This document shows, piece by piece, positions 23,173 through 31,815 of a DNA stretch of 32,000 bases. This DNA is from Delftia acidovorans NBRC 14950. Its GTDB lineage: Bacteria > Pseudomonadota > Gammaproteobacteria > Burkholderiales > Burkholderiaceae_C. The notes beneath the pieces were generated by a model. The model made no database searches. It saw only the letters and a program-made list of their open reading frames with translations, and was not told the DNA's origin. The first letter of the stretch is position 1. Every line of letters begins with the position of its first letter. Where the stretch lies: the NCBI RefSeq assembly GCF_001598795.1, contig NZ_BCZP01000004.1, positions 210,001 to 242,000 on the forward strand, given 5' to 3'. Both the position numbers and the translations under genes were made by a program.

Positions 23173-24867
23173 TCAGGCGTGTTCCAGCAACTGGGTCTCG
23201 CGGGCCGAAGCCAGCGGGGCGCGGCCGGCAGCCGGGGCCAGGCCGGGCTTGCCCTGGCCGGGACGGCCATAGGAAGCATGCGAGCCCATGGACGCCACGG
23301 CCGCACCGGCAATGCGGAACTGGCCCACCACCTGCGCCAGGCGCGCGGCCTGCTCGCGCAGCGACTCGGCGGCGGCGGCCGATTCCTCGACCAGGGCTGC
23401 GTTCTGCTGCGTCATGCGGTCGATATCACCCACGGCCTGGTTGACCTGGCCGATGCCCCCCGACTGCTCGCTGGAAGCCGCCGTGATCTCGCCAATGATG
23501 TCGCCCACGCGCTGCACGCTGTCCACGATTTCCTTCATGGTCTTGCCTGCATCCTCCACCTGGCGCACGCCCACGTCCACGGCCTGCACGCTGGTCTGGA
23601 TCAGCGCCTTGATCTCGCTGGCCGCCTGGGCCGAGCGCTGGGCCAGGGATCGCACCTCGGCCGCCACCACGGCAAAGCCGCGGCCCTGCTCGCCGGCGCG
23701 TGCCGCTTCCACGGCGGCGTTCAGCGCCAGGATGTTGGTCTGGAAGGCGATGGAGTCGATCAGGCCGATGATGTCGCCGATCTTGCGGCTGGAGGTCGTG
23801 ATCTCCTGCATGCTCACCACGGCCTGGGCCACCACGTCGCCACCGCGCGTGGCCGTGGTCGAGGCAGAGGCTGCCAGCTGGTTGGCCAGTTGCGAGGACG
23901 ATGCCGTCTGCTGCACCGTGGCCGTGAGCTGGGACAGCGAGGCCACGGTCTCCTGCACATTGCTGGCCGTCTGCTCGGTGCGCGAGGACAGGTCCTGGTT
24001 GCCCGTGGCGATCTCCTGGCTGGCCGTGGCAATGTTGCCGCTGGCGTCGCGCACCTGGGTCACCATGGAGCCCAGGCTCTGCTGCATCTGGTCCAGCGCG
24101 CGCTGCAGGTCGGCCACCTCGTCCTTGCCCTCCACCTTCACGCTCTGCGACAGGTCGCCCTGGGCGATGGTCAGCGCCGTCTGGCGCGCCTGCACCAGGG
24201 GGCGGCAGATGGACAGCATGTTCATCAGCGTCAGCGGCACCACCACCAGCACCGTGAGCACCACGGCCGCCACGAAGATCCACTGCGTCTGCTCGGCCAC
24301 GCCCTGCTCCTCCGCGGCCATGGCATCGACCTGCTGGCGCAGCAGCTGGTCCAGCTGTGCGATGAGCTTTTCGACCTCGGCCACCTCGGCCATGGCCTTG
24401 CCGCTCATGCGGTTGGCTGTGGTCGCCGTGTCATAGCCACCGGCCTCCAGCTGCCGCGCAATGTGCTCGAACTGCTGGCGGTAGCGGTCCACGCGCTCGG
24501 AGATGCCGCTGACGATGGCATCGTCGGCCGGGTCCTCATCCTTCAGAAAGCGCTCGGCCACGGATTTCACGCGGTCGATGGCGGCCAGCCACTGGGTGTG
24601 GGCCTTGCGCACCTCTTCGGCACGCTCGTACTGGATGATCATGTCCTTTTCATGGGCGCGCACGGCACCCAGCTCGGCGCGCAACTCCACCATGTAGCCC
24701 ATCTTGGCGTACGAGGTATGCATGAACTGCTGACTCATGCCATGGATGCGGAACATGCCCAGCATCCCGGCTCCGCCCAGCAGACCCAGCAGCACCAGCA
24801 CCATGGCGATGGCACCCAGCATCCGCGTGCGGATCGTGAAAGCCCGCATCATTCCCAACAAGTTCAT
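23173..24867 (-). CDS. Methyl-accepting chemotaxis protein (four-helix-bundle sensor, HAMP, signalling domain)
   Basis: ATG at 24867 with GAGAGGAAA upstream. Two TM helices flank a periplasmic helical domain of about 160 aa. HAMP domain ([18 protein letters not shown]). Highly conserved hairpin [30 protein letters not shown]. Confidence 0.9.
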   Translation of the reverse strand: MNLLGMMRAFTIRTRMLGAIAMVLVLLGLLGGAGMLGMFRIHGMSQQFMHTSYAKMGYMVELRAELGAVRAHEKDMIIQYERAEEVRKAHTQWLAAIDRVKSVAERFLKDEDPADDAIVSGISERVDRYRQQFEHIARQLEAGGYDTATTANRMSGKAMAEVAEVEKLIAQLDQLLRQQVDAMAAEEQGVAEQTQWIFVAAVVLTVLVVVPLTLMNMLSICRPLVQARQTALTIAQGDLSQSVKVEGKDEVADLQRALDQMQQSLGSMVTQVRDASGNIATASQEIATGNQDLSSRTEQTASNVQETVASLSQLTATVQQTASSSQLANQLAASASTTATRGGDVVAQAVVSMQEITTSSRKIGDIIGLIDSIAFQTNILALNAAVEAARAGEQGRGFAVVAAEVRSLAQRSAQAASEIKALIQTSVQAVDVGVRQVEDAGKTMKEIVDSVQRVGDIIGEITAASSEQSGGIGQVNQAVGDIDRMTQQNAALVEESAAAAESLREQAARLAQVVGQFRIAGAAVASMGSHASYGRPGQGKPGLAPAAGRAPLASARETQLLEHA

Positions 24868-25007
24868 GACCGTTTTCCTCTCTGTCAGTCAGGGCGCACG
24901 CACGGTCTCCAAATGCATAGCGCCAACGTAAATACAAATTGTTGCAGTTTGTCAGATGATCGCCAATGGTCTATGACGGTTTTTGCATATTCACGGCTCT
25001 TTTCGAT

Positions 25008-25034
25008 CTATCGGCCATTGCAGCGGATCATTGA
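25008..25034 (-). promoter_or_regulatory. Candidate FliA (sigma-28) promoter for the chemoreceptor gene
   Basis: The minus strand reads TCAA-N15-GCCGATAG, compared with the consensus TAAA-N15-GCCGATAA. It lies about 140 nt upstream of the ATG, in the only AT-rich stretch of the region. Confidence 0.4.
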
Positions 25035-25087
25035 GCCGGCCGGCTCACATCGAATTGGGCCAAATCAACCCTTGTCCAGCCAGGCGC

Positions 25088-25118
25088 TTGACCTTGCCAT
25101 GGTGTCAGGGTTCAACAT
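25088..25118 (+). promoter_or_regulatory. MerR/CueR-type copper-responsive promoter of copZ-cueR
   Basis: -35 TTGACC (25088-25093), a 19-nt spacer, and -10 CAACAT (25113-25118). The dyad ACCTTGCCA (25091-25099) / TGTCAGGGT (25103-25111) is 7/9 complementary and spans the spacer. This layout is characteristic of MerR-family activators, and from memory it closely resembles E. coli PcopA. Confidence 0.6.
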
Positions 25119-25167
25119 GCCGTCCATGGCTTGCGCCACTTCGGCGCGCCCCAACCAGGAGCGAGAG

Positions 25168-25362
25168 ATGCAACATGTTTTCACCGTGCAGGGCATGACC
25201 TGCGGCCACTGCGAACGCGCCGTCACCCAGGCCGTGCAGGGCGTGGATGACCAGGCCCAGGTAAAAATCGATCGCGCCACCCAGCGCGTGGAAGTCGACA
25301 GCAGCGCCAGCCGCGAGGCACTGGGCGCCGCCATTGCCGAAGAAGGCTACAAGGTCGCCTGA
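25168..25362 (+). CDS. copZ: Heavy-metal-associated domain copper chaperone (CopZ-like)
   Basis: 64 aa with a GMTCGHCE metal-binding motif. RBS AGGAG at 25157-25161, 6 nt upstream of the ATG. This is the only credible coding part of the 753-aa track ORF 23101..25362. Confidence 0.85.
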   Translation: MQHVFTVQGMTCGHCERAVTQAVQGVDDQAQVKIDRATQRVEVDSSASREALGAAIAEEGYKVA

Positions 25363-25406
25363 GAGACACCTCAAAGACACCCGAAGGCATCCGAAAGGCA
25401 CGCACC

Positions 25407-25841
25407 ATGTCCGCCCACCCCGCACAGCACTGGCCCGTCTCCATCGGCGAGGCCGCACGCCGCGCCGGTGTCTCGGCGCGCATGGTGCGCCACTACGAAG
25501 CCCAGGGCCTGCTGCCGCCCATGCACCGCACGGACGGCGGCTACCGCCAGTACGCCGAGGCCGACGTGCATGCCCTGCGCTTCATCCGCCGGGGGCGCGA
25601 CCTCGGTTTTTCCATGGACGAGATCGCCACCCTGCTCGGCCTGTGGCAGGACAAGAGCCGCGCCAGCAGCCAGGTCAAGGCCATCGCCCAGCGCCACATC
25701 GACGAACTGACCGAGCGCATCGCCGCCATGCAGGCCATGCAGCGCACGCTCAAGACCCTGGTGCACTGCTGCCACGGCGACGACCGGCCGGACTGCCCGA
25801 TATTGGATGATCTGGCGGCGCAGGAGAGTGCGGCGCCGTAG
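25407..25841 (+). CDS. cueR: Cu(I)-responsive MerR-family transcriptional regulator (CueR/HmrR type)
   Basis: N-terminal HTH IGEAARRAGVSARMVRHYEAQGLL, then GYRQY, a dimerisation helix, and the C-terminal metal loop CCHGDDRPDCP. Confidence 0.85.
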   Translation: MSAHPAQHWPVSIGEAARRAGVSARMVRHYEAQGLLPPMHRTDGGYRQYAEADVHALRFIRRGRDLGFSMDEIATLLGLWQDKSRASSQVKAIAQRHIDELTERIAAMQAMQRTLKTLVHCCHGDDRPDCPILDDLAAQESAAP

Positions 25842-25867
25842 CGTGTCTCACGGCAGGGAACGGCGCT

Positions 25868-26638
25868 TCAGGCGCCCGCCTTCGCACGCTTTGCAGGCTT
25901 GCCCACCTTGGGTGGCTTGGATAACTTGGGCGTATCGAGAACATCCGCCCGCCGCAGCACGCCCCCCATCAAGGTATCAATGCACTGCTGCGCCACTTCC
26001 TCGGCCGAGTACTGGCCGCCAGGCTGGTACCAGCGGCCTATCCAGCTGAGCGCGCCGGCGATGACAAAGGCCGTCATCTTAGGGTCGCAGGGGGCCAGCG
26101 AGCCCTCCTGCACGCCGGCGGCCACCAGGCGGCGGAAGGCCTGGTCTATGGCGGCCTTCTGGCGGCGCAGTTCGCGGCGGCTGTCGGGGGGGACCTGTTC
26201 GTCGCCGACACGGATCAGGCACATGCCGAAGTCCATGGTGACGATGCGCGCATAGACCTGCATGCAGGCGCGCAGCTGGTCCACGGCCTGCCCGCCTGCG
26301 CGGCGCGAGGCCTCGATGCCTTCCAGCGTCATGGCCAGGCCCTGGTTCACGCACTGCAGCAGGATCTCGTCCTTGTTCTTGACGTAGTAGTACAGCGTGG
26401 GCTTGCTCACGCCCAGCCGCGCGGCGATGTCGTCCAGCGAGGTGGCGGAGAAGCCGCGCTCGTTGAACAGCTGCGCGGCGGCCTGCAGCACGGCCTGGCG
26501 CTTGGCCTCGCGCTGCTGCTCGCGGTCGGGCGTGCCGCTCCAGGGCGAGTCCACGGCGGGCGCCGCACGGCCGTTGCGGGCGCGGGCGCTGGGGCTGGGG
26601 CTGGGTCGGATCTTGGTTTCAGGGCTCGATGGCTTCAT
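25868..26638 (-). CDS. TetR/AcrR-family transcriptional regulator with a Pro/Ser/Arg-rich N-terminal extension
   Basis: HTH AAAQLFNERGFSATSLDDIAARLGVSKPTLYYYVKNKDEIL. ATG at 26638; the track start at 26689 is a TTG. Divergent from the ABC importer operon. Confidence 0.8.
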   Translation of the reverse strand: MKPSSPETKIRPSPSPSARARNGRAAPAVDSPWSGTPDREQQREAKRQAVLQAAAQLFNERGFSATSLDDIAARLGVSKPTLYYYVKNKDEILLQCVNQGLAMTLEGIEASRRAGGQAVDQLRACMQVYARIVTMDFGMCLIRVGDEQVPPDSRRELRRQKAAIDQAFRRLVAAGVQEGSLAPCDPKMTAFVIAGALSWIGRWYQPGGQYSAEEVAQQCIDTLMGGVLRRADVLDTPKLSKPPKVGKPAKRAKAGA

Positions 26639-26712
26639 GGCGGCGGGTGCACCGGGGAAATCACCGATGCTGCATGCGGAGGGCGACAACCAGAATCTAC
26701 TCCAAAGTAAAC

Positions 26713-26732
26713 AGCCTACGCATCAGTAGGCT
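26713..26732. promoter_or_regulatory. Candidate TetR operator (inverted repeat) in the tetR / ABC divergent region
   Basis: AGCCTAC-GCATCA-GTAGGCT, a perfect 7-bp inverted repeat 37 nt upstream of the ABC operon ATG, in a locally AT-richer stretch. Confidence 0.35.
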
Positions 26733-26768
26733 CCTGCCCGGCTCGACGAACCAACGCACGAGAGCGCC

Positions 26769-27653
26769 ATGGAGACACACCCCGACGGCGGCCCGCCCGC
26801 CCCCTTGCTGCAGGTGGACGGCGTCACGCTCGCCTTTGGCGGCGTGAAGGCGCTGTCGGGCGTGGGCTTCGATGTGCAGCCCGGCTCGATCACGGCTGTG
26901 ATCGGCCCCAACGGCGCGGGCAAGACGTCGCTGTTCAACACCATCTCGGGCTTTTACCGGCCCACGGGCGGCTCCATCCGCTTCCAGGGCGAGGACATCA
27001 CGCGCATGCCGGCGCCGCGCCGCGCGCGGCTGGGCCTGGGGCGCAGCTTCCAGAACATTGCGCTGTTCCGGGGCATGACGGTGCTGGACAACATCAAGCT
27101 GGGCCGCCACGCCCACCTGCGCACCAACGTGCTCGACGCCCTCCTCTACCTGGGCCGCGCTCGCCGCGAAGAGGCCGAGCTGCGCCGCGACATCGAGGAG
27201 CGCATCATCGATTTCCTGGAGATAGACCACATCCGCCATGCGCCCGTGGCCGCCCTGTCCTACGGGCTGCAAAAGCGCGTGGAGATGGCGCGCGCCCTGG
27301 CCATGCAGCCGCGCATCCTGATGCTGGACGAGCCCGTGGCCGGCATGAACCGCGAGGAGACCGAGGACATGGCGCGCTTCATCCTCGATGTGCGCGCCGA
27401 ATGGGGCGTGACCGTGCTCATGGTGGAGCACGACATGGGCATGGTCATGGACCTGTCCGACCATGTAGTGGTGCTCAACTTCGGCCAGGTCATCGCCCAG
27501 GGCACGCCCGCCGTGGTGCAGGCCGATCCCGAGGTGAACCGGGCCTACCTGGGCGCCGGCGATGTGGGCGAGCTGCGGCGCCGGCTGCGCGGCGCGTCCG
27601 CCCGGCCAGAGCCCGCCACGCCGCAGCCTGCCCTGGCACAGGAAGCCGCATGA
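26769..27653 (+). CDS. ABC transporter ATP-binding protein (LivG-like, HAAT family)
   Basis: Walker A GPNGAGKTS, signature LSYGLQKRVEMARAL, Walker B ILMLDEP. Long Arg/Pro-rich C-terminal tail. The stop overlaps the next start (ATGA). Confidence 0.85.
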   Translation: METHPDGGPPAPLLQVDGVTLAFGGVKALSGVGFDVQPGSITAVIGPNGAGKTSLFNTISGFYRPTGGSIRFQGEDITRMPAPRRARLGLGRSFQNIALFRGMTVLDNIKLGRHAHLRTNVLDALLYLGRARREEAELRRDIEERIIDFLEIDHIRHAPVAALSYGLQKRVEMARALAMQPRILMLDEPVAGMNREETEDMARFILDVRAEWGVTVLMVEHDMGMVMDLSDHVVVLNFGQVIAQGTPAVVQADPEVNRAYLGAGDVGELRRRLRGASARPEPATPQPALAQEAA

Positions 27654-28531
27654 TGGACTGGGCCTACCTGTTCGAGATCGCCCTCACGGGCCTGGCCGCA
27701 GGCGGCCTGTATGCGCTGGCCGCGCTGGCCTTCGTGGTGGTCTACAAGGCCACGCGCGTGGTCAACATCGCCATCGGCGAGCTGCTGATGGTGGGCGCCT
27801 ACCTGTTCTTCACCTTTGCGGCCATGTTCGCGCTGCCGCTGTGGCTGGCCATTCCCGCCGCCGTGCTGGGCACGGGGCTGCTGGGCGCGCTGATCGAGCG
27901 CACGATGATCCGGCCGCTGCTGGGCGAGCCGCCGATCTCGGTGTTCATGGTCACCGTGGGCCTGGCCTCGGTGCTGGTGGGCCTGGTGGAGCTGATCTGG
28001 ACGGCCGACCAGCGCCGCCTGCCCGAGTTCATGCCAACGCAGCCCGTGATGATCGGCGAGGCCTTTCTCGCGCCCAAGGTGGCCTGGGGCGCAGCCGTGG
28101 CCGTGGTCTTCATCGCGGCCGTGCTGCTGGTGTTCCGCTACTGGCGTGGCGGCGTGGCCCTGCGCGCCACGGCCAGCGACCAGGCAGCGGCCTATTCGGT
28201 GGGCATCAACGTGCCGCGGGTGTTCTCGCTGGCCTGGGTGGTGTCGGCCATGATCGCCGCCGTGTCGGGAATCATCGTCGGCTCCATCGGCGGCATCTCG
28301 TCGAGCATGGGCGTGTTCGGCCTGTCGGTGCTGGTGGTCGTCATCGTGGGCGGGCTGGACAGCGTGCTGGGCGCCCTGGTCGGCGGCCTGTTCATCGGCC
28401 TGGTGGAGGCGCTGGCCGGCGCCTACCTGGGCGGCGAGTACAAGCTGCTGGCCACCTTCATCGTGCTGGTCGTGGTGCTCATGCTCAGGCCCTACGGCCT
28501 GTTCGGCACGCACGAGATCGAGCGGCTCTAG
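27650..28531 (+). CDS. Branched-chain amino acid-type ABC permease (LivH-like)
   Basis: MMDWAYLFEIALTGLAAGGLYALAALAFVVVYKATRVVNIAIGELLMVGAY is the typical LivH N-terminus. Multi-TM protein. Confidence 0.85.
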   Translation: MMDWAYLFEIALTGLAAGGLYALAALAFVVVYKATRVVNIAIGELLMVGAYLFFTFAAMFALPLWLAIPAAVLGTGLLGALIERTMIRPLLGEPPISVFMVTVGLASVLVGLVELIWTADQRRLPEFMPTQPVMIGEAFLAPKVAWGAAVAVVFIAAVLLVFRYWRGGVALRATASDQAAAYSVGINVPRVFSLAWVVSAMIAAVSGIIVGSIGGISSSMGVFGLSVLVVVIVGGLDSVLGALVGGLFIGLVEALAGAYLGGEYKLLATFIVLVVVLMLRPYGLFGTHEIERL

Positions 28532-28553
28532 ACAGCTTCAGAAAGACGGCAGC

Positions 28554-29591
28554 ATGCGCATAGGCACCCTCAAGGAAAGCTACATCGCCGATGCGGCGCT
28601 GTTCGACTCCCGCACGCAACGCATCTGGCTGGCCATGGCCGGCGCGCTGCTGGTGCTGTTTCCCTTCATGGCCAGCGACTACTGGCTGTACCTGGCCTGC
28701 CTGGTCAGCATCAACGTGGCCGGCGCCACGGGGCTGAACATCCTCACCGGCTACACGGGCCTGGTCAGCCTGGGCCAGGCCGCCTTCATGGGCCTGGGCG
28801 CATACACGGTGGCCATCGTGCAGGCGCGCTGGGGCACGCCCGTGCTGTTCAACCTGCTGGCTGGCGGCTTCGTGGCCATGCTGGGCGGCATCGTGGTGGG
28901 CCTGCCCTCGCTGCGCGTCAAGGGCCTGTACCTGGCGATTGCCACCATCGCGGCCTCGTTCATCGCCCATTTCCTGTTCGCCAACCTCAAGCTCACGGGC
29001 GGCACGGCGGGCCTGACGCTGCAGCCGGCCACGGTGTTCGGCGTGACGCTGGACACCTCGTTCCGGCTGTACTGGGTGATCGTGCCCGTCACGCTGCTGA
29101 TGCTGCTGGGCGCGGCCAACCTGTTTCGCACGCGCATAGGCCGCGCCTTCATCGCCATCCGCGACCGCGACATCTCGGCCGAGGTGCTGGGCATACCGCT
29201 GCTGCGCTACAAGCTGCTGTCGTTCGGGCTGTCCTCGTTCTACGCAGGCGTGGCGGGCGGGCTGTGGGCGTACTTCTTTCGCGTGGTCACGCCCGAGAGC
29301 TTTCCGCTCTTGATGTCCATCTTCTTTCTGGCGGCCATCATCGTCGGCGGCATGGGCTCCATCCTGGGCGGCATCCTGGGCGCGGTCTTCATGACCATGG
29401 TCCCGGAGCTGCTCAAGCTCATCGTGGACCTGCTGCCCGGCGGCTCCGAGCTGGCCGTCTTCCTGTCGCCCGTGCGCACCATGGTGTTCGGGCTGCTGAT
29501 CATCGTCTTTCTGGTCTTCGAGCCGCAGGGGCTCGCAGAAATGTGGCGGCGCCTGCGCCGCTTCTTCCACCTGTGGCCCTTCCGCAATTGA
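28554..29591 (+). CDS. Branched-chain amino acid-type ABC permease (LivM-like)
   Basis: NILTGYTGLVSLGQAAFMGLGAYT is the conserved LivM motif. Multi-TM protein of 345 aa. Confidence 0.85.
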   Translation: MRIGTLKESYIADAALFDSRTQRIWLAMAGALLVLFPFMASDYWLYLACLVSINVAGATGLNILTGYTGLVSLGQAAFMGLGAYTVAIVQARWGTPVLFNLLAGGFVAMLGGIVVGLPSLRVKGLYLAIATIAASFIAHFLFANLKLTGGTAGLTLQPATVFGVTLDTSFRLYWVIVPVTLLMLLGAANLFRTRIGRAFIAIRDRDISAEVLGIPLLRYKLLSFGLSSFYAGVAGGLWAYFFRVVTPESFPLLMSIFFLAAIIVGGMGSILGGILGAVFMTMVPELLKLIVDLLPGGSELAVFLSPVRTMVFGLLIIVFLVFEPQGLAEMWRRLRRFFHLWPFRN

Positions 29592-29628
29592 GGCGGCGCC
29601 GCGCACGACAAGCAAAAGGAGACAAGCA

Positions 29629-30805
29629 ATGCAACAACACCCGACCTCCTCGCGCCGCCGCAGCCTGCTGCTGGCGGCCGGCGCCAGCCTGGCCGCACCG
29701 CTGGCCGCCCGCGCCCAGGCTGGCGGCGAAGACATCGTGATCGGCGGCTCCATCCCCATGACGGGCGTGTTCGCCTTCGCGGGCGTGGGCATCAATGCCG
29801 GCATGGGCGACTACGTGAAGATGGTCAACGAGGCAGGCGGCATCAAGGGCCGCAAGATCCGCTACGTGCCCGAGGACACGGGCTACAAGGTCGATGTCTC
29901 GGTGGCCGCGTTCAAGAAGATCACCAGCCAGAACAAGGTCAACCTCTACTACGGAGACTCCACGGGTTTTTCCAAGACCATCAACCCGGAGCTGGACCGC
30001 AACGGCGCCATCCTCATGGCGGGCGCCTCCTTCGCCACCGAGCTCAACAACCCGGCCAAGTACCCGAACCAGTTCCTCGTGGGGCCCGACTACACGGAGA
30101 TGTTCGGCATCCTGCTCAAGCACATCGCCAAGGAGAAGCCGGGCGCCAAGGTGGCCTTCGTCTACTCCGACTCCGAATTCGGCCGCGACCCCATCGAGGC
30201 CAGCGAGGCGGCCGCCAAGAAGCTGGGCCTGAACGTGGTGGCCAAGCTGATGACGCCGCCCGGCAGCGTGGACGTGTCCACCGAAGTCATCAAGCTGCGC
30301 CGCGCCCGACTACACCATCTTCCACGGCTACATCCTCGCGCCCATTCCCGAGTTCATCCAGCAGGGCAAGCAGATGGGCATGACCAGCCAATGGATGGGC
30401 ACCTTCTGGACCATGGACAGCTCCACCGTCATGAAGATGGGCGAGGCCGGCGACGGCTTCATGGGCGTCATGCCCTACCGCTACTACTACGACACCTCGG
30501 CCAAGGCGCCCATGCTGGACAAGATCCGCGCGCTGCGCCCCGAGTACCAGAGCACGGCCTATATCCAGGGCTTCCTGGCGGCCATGCTGTTCGTGGAATC
30601 GGCCAGGCGCTGCCTGGACGCTGGCAAGCCGCTCACCGGCCCCAACCTCAAGGCCGCGCTCAACTCCATCAAGGACTTCGACACGGGCGGACTGATCGGC
30701 GTGCCCATCACCATCAAGGGCAATTCGATTCCTGTGGGCCGCGTCTACAAGGCGGATATGAAAGCGCAGAAGATGCTGCCCGCCTCTGACTGGATAGCGC
30801 TTTGA
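29629..30805 (+). pseudogene. LivK/LivJ-like ABC substrate-binding protein gene interrupted by a frameshift near 30296-30308
   Basis: RBS AAAGGAGA precedes ATG 29629, and the signal SSRRRSLLLAAGASLAAPLAARAQA is Tat-like. A credible SBP sequence runs in frame 1 up to ...STEVIKLR (30300) and then degenerates into Arg/His/Pro-rich nonsense. The credible continuation (AAPDYTIFHGYILAPIPEFIQQGKQMGMTSQWMGTFW...DWIAL, stop at 30803-30805) is in the +1 frame from about 30299. The switch lies in the run ctgcgccgcgcccgac. Confidence 0.7.
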
Positions 30806-30815
30806 CGAAACGCAT

Positions 30816-30917
30816 CCCCCTGAGCGGCTTCGCCGCTGCCCCCTTCTCTCGCACCGCTTCGCGTTGCGGGAAGGGGGACGGCACCCTCGCGGCGGGGCGG
30901 CCCTTGCTTGGTGCCCC
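30816..30917 (+). repeat. REP-like intergenic repeat, copy B (between the binding-protein gene and the second ATPase gene)
   Basis: CCCCCTGAGCGGCTTCGCCGCTGCCCCCTTCTC...GCGGGAAGGGGGACGGCACCCTCGCGGCGGGGCGGCCCTTGCTTG aligns with the reverse complement of 13065-13150. Central hairpin CCCCCTTC / GAAGGGGG. Confidence 0.6.
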
Positions 30918-30956
30918 GCGCCTGATGCACGCCATAACCAACGTCGCGGGCTCCAC

Positions 30957-31802
30957 ATGCGCAGTGAAATTTTGAAGGCAATCCCAACCAAAGCAGAGAC
31001 TGCAAGCGTCCTCGAAATCAACAACATCGAGGTCATCTACAACAAGGTCGTGCAGGCCCTGCGGGGCCTGTCGCTGGCCGTGCCGCGCGGCCAGATCGTG
31101 GCGCTGCTGGGCAGCAACGGCGCGGGCAAGAGCACCACGCTCAAGGCCGTCTCGGGGCTGCTGGCGCTGGAGGACGGCCTGCTGGCCAGCGGCAGCGTGC
31201 GCTACAACGGCCAGTCCACCGCGCAGTACGCGCCCCAGCAGCTGGTACGCCTGGGGCTGTCGCATGTGATGGAGGGCCGGCGTGTGTTCGAGGACCTCAC
31301 GGTGGAGGAAAACCTCGTGGCCGCCACCTACGCGCTCACGGGCCGCAATCAAGTCAAGCCCGACTTCGACCTGGTCTACAGCTACTTCCCGCGCCTGCAT
31401 GAGCGACGCAAAGGCCTGGCCGGCTACCTGTCGGGCGGCGAGCAGCAGATGCTGGCCATTGGCCGCGCGCTGATCGCCGAGCCCCAGCTCATGCTGCTGG
31501 ACGAGCCCTCGCTGGGCCTGGCGCCGAAGCTGGTGGAGGACATCTTCACCATCATCGCGCGCATCAATGCCGAGCGCGGCACCTCCATGCTGCTGGTCGA
31601 GCAGAACGCCACCGTGGCCCTGGCCGTGGCGCACAGCGGCTACATCATGGAGAACGGCAAGATCGTCATCGACGGCCCGGCCGAACGCCTGGCCCAGGAT
31701 GCCGACGTGCGCGAGTTCTACCTGGGCATGGGTGGCAGCGGCGAGGCGAAGAGCTTCCGCGATCTGAAGCACTACAAGCGCCGCAAGCGCTGGTTGTCCT
31801 AG
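30957..31802 (+). CDS. ABC transporter ATP-binding protein (LivF-like, HAAT family)
   Basis: ATG at 30957 (MRSEILKA...). Walker A GSNGAGKST, signature LSGGEQQMLAIGRAL, Walker B LMLLDEPS. Basic C-terminal tail KHYKRRKRWLS. Confidence 0.85.
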   Translation: MRSEILKAIPTKAETASVLEINNIEVIYNKVVQALRGLSLAVPRGQIVALLGSNGAGKSTTLKAVSGLLALEDGLLASGSVRYNGQSTAQYAPQQLVRLGLSHVMEGRRVFEDLTVEENLVAATYALTGRNQVKPDFDLVYSYFPRLHERRKGLAGYLSGGEQQMLAIGRALIAEPQLMLLDEPSLGLAPKLVEDIFTIIARINAERGTSMLLVEQNATVALAVAHSGYIMENGKIVIDGPAERLAQDADVREFYLGMGGSGEAKSFRDLKHYKRRKRWLS

Positions 31803-31815
31803 CCTGGGAACGCAC

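Noticed and set aside
23101-25167. N-terminal 689 residues of the 753-aa plus-strand ORF 23101..25362.
   Set aside because: This part is antisense to the well-supported chemoreceptor gene and then crosses a 300-nt AT-rich intergenic region. Only the last 64 codons (CopZ, with its own RBS and a MerR-type promoter) are credible.
26590-26615. Short GGGGCT/GGGTCG repeats encoding PSPSPS in the N-terminal extension of the TetR regulator.
   Set aside because: Only two to three imperfect units. This is ordinary low-complexity coding sequence and too short to call a tandem repeat of interest.
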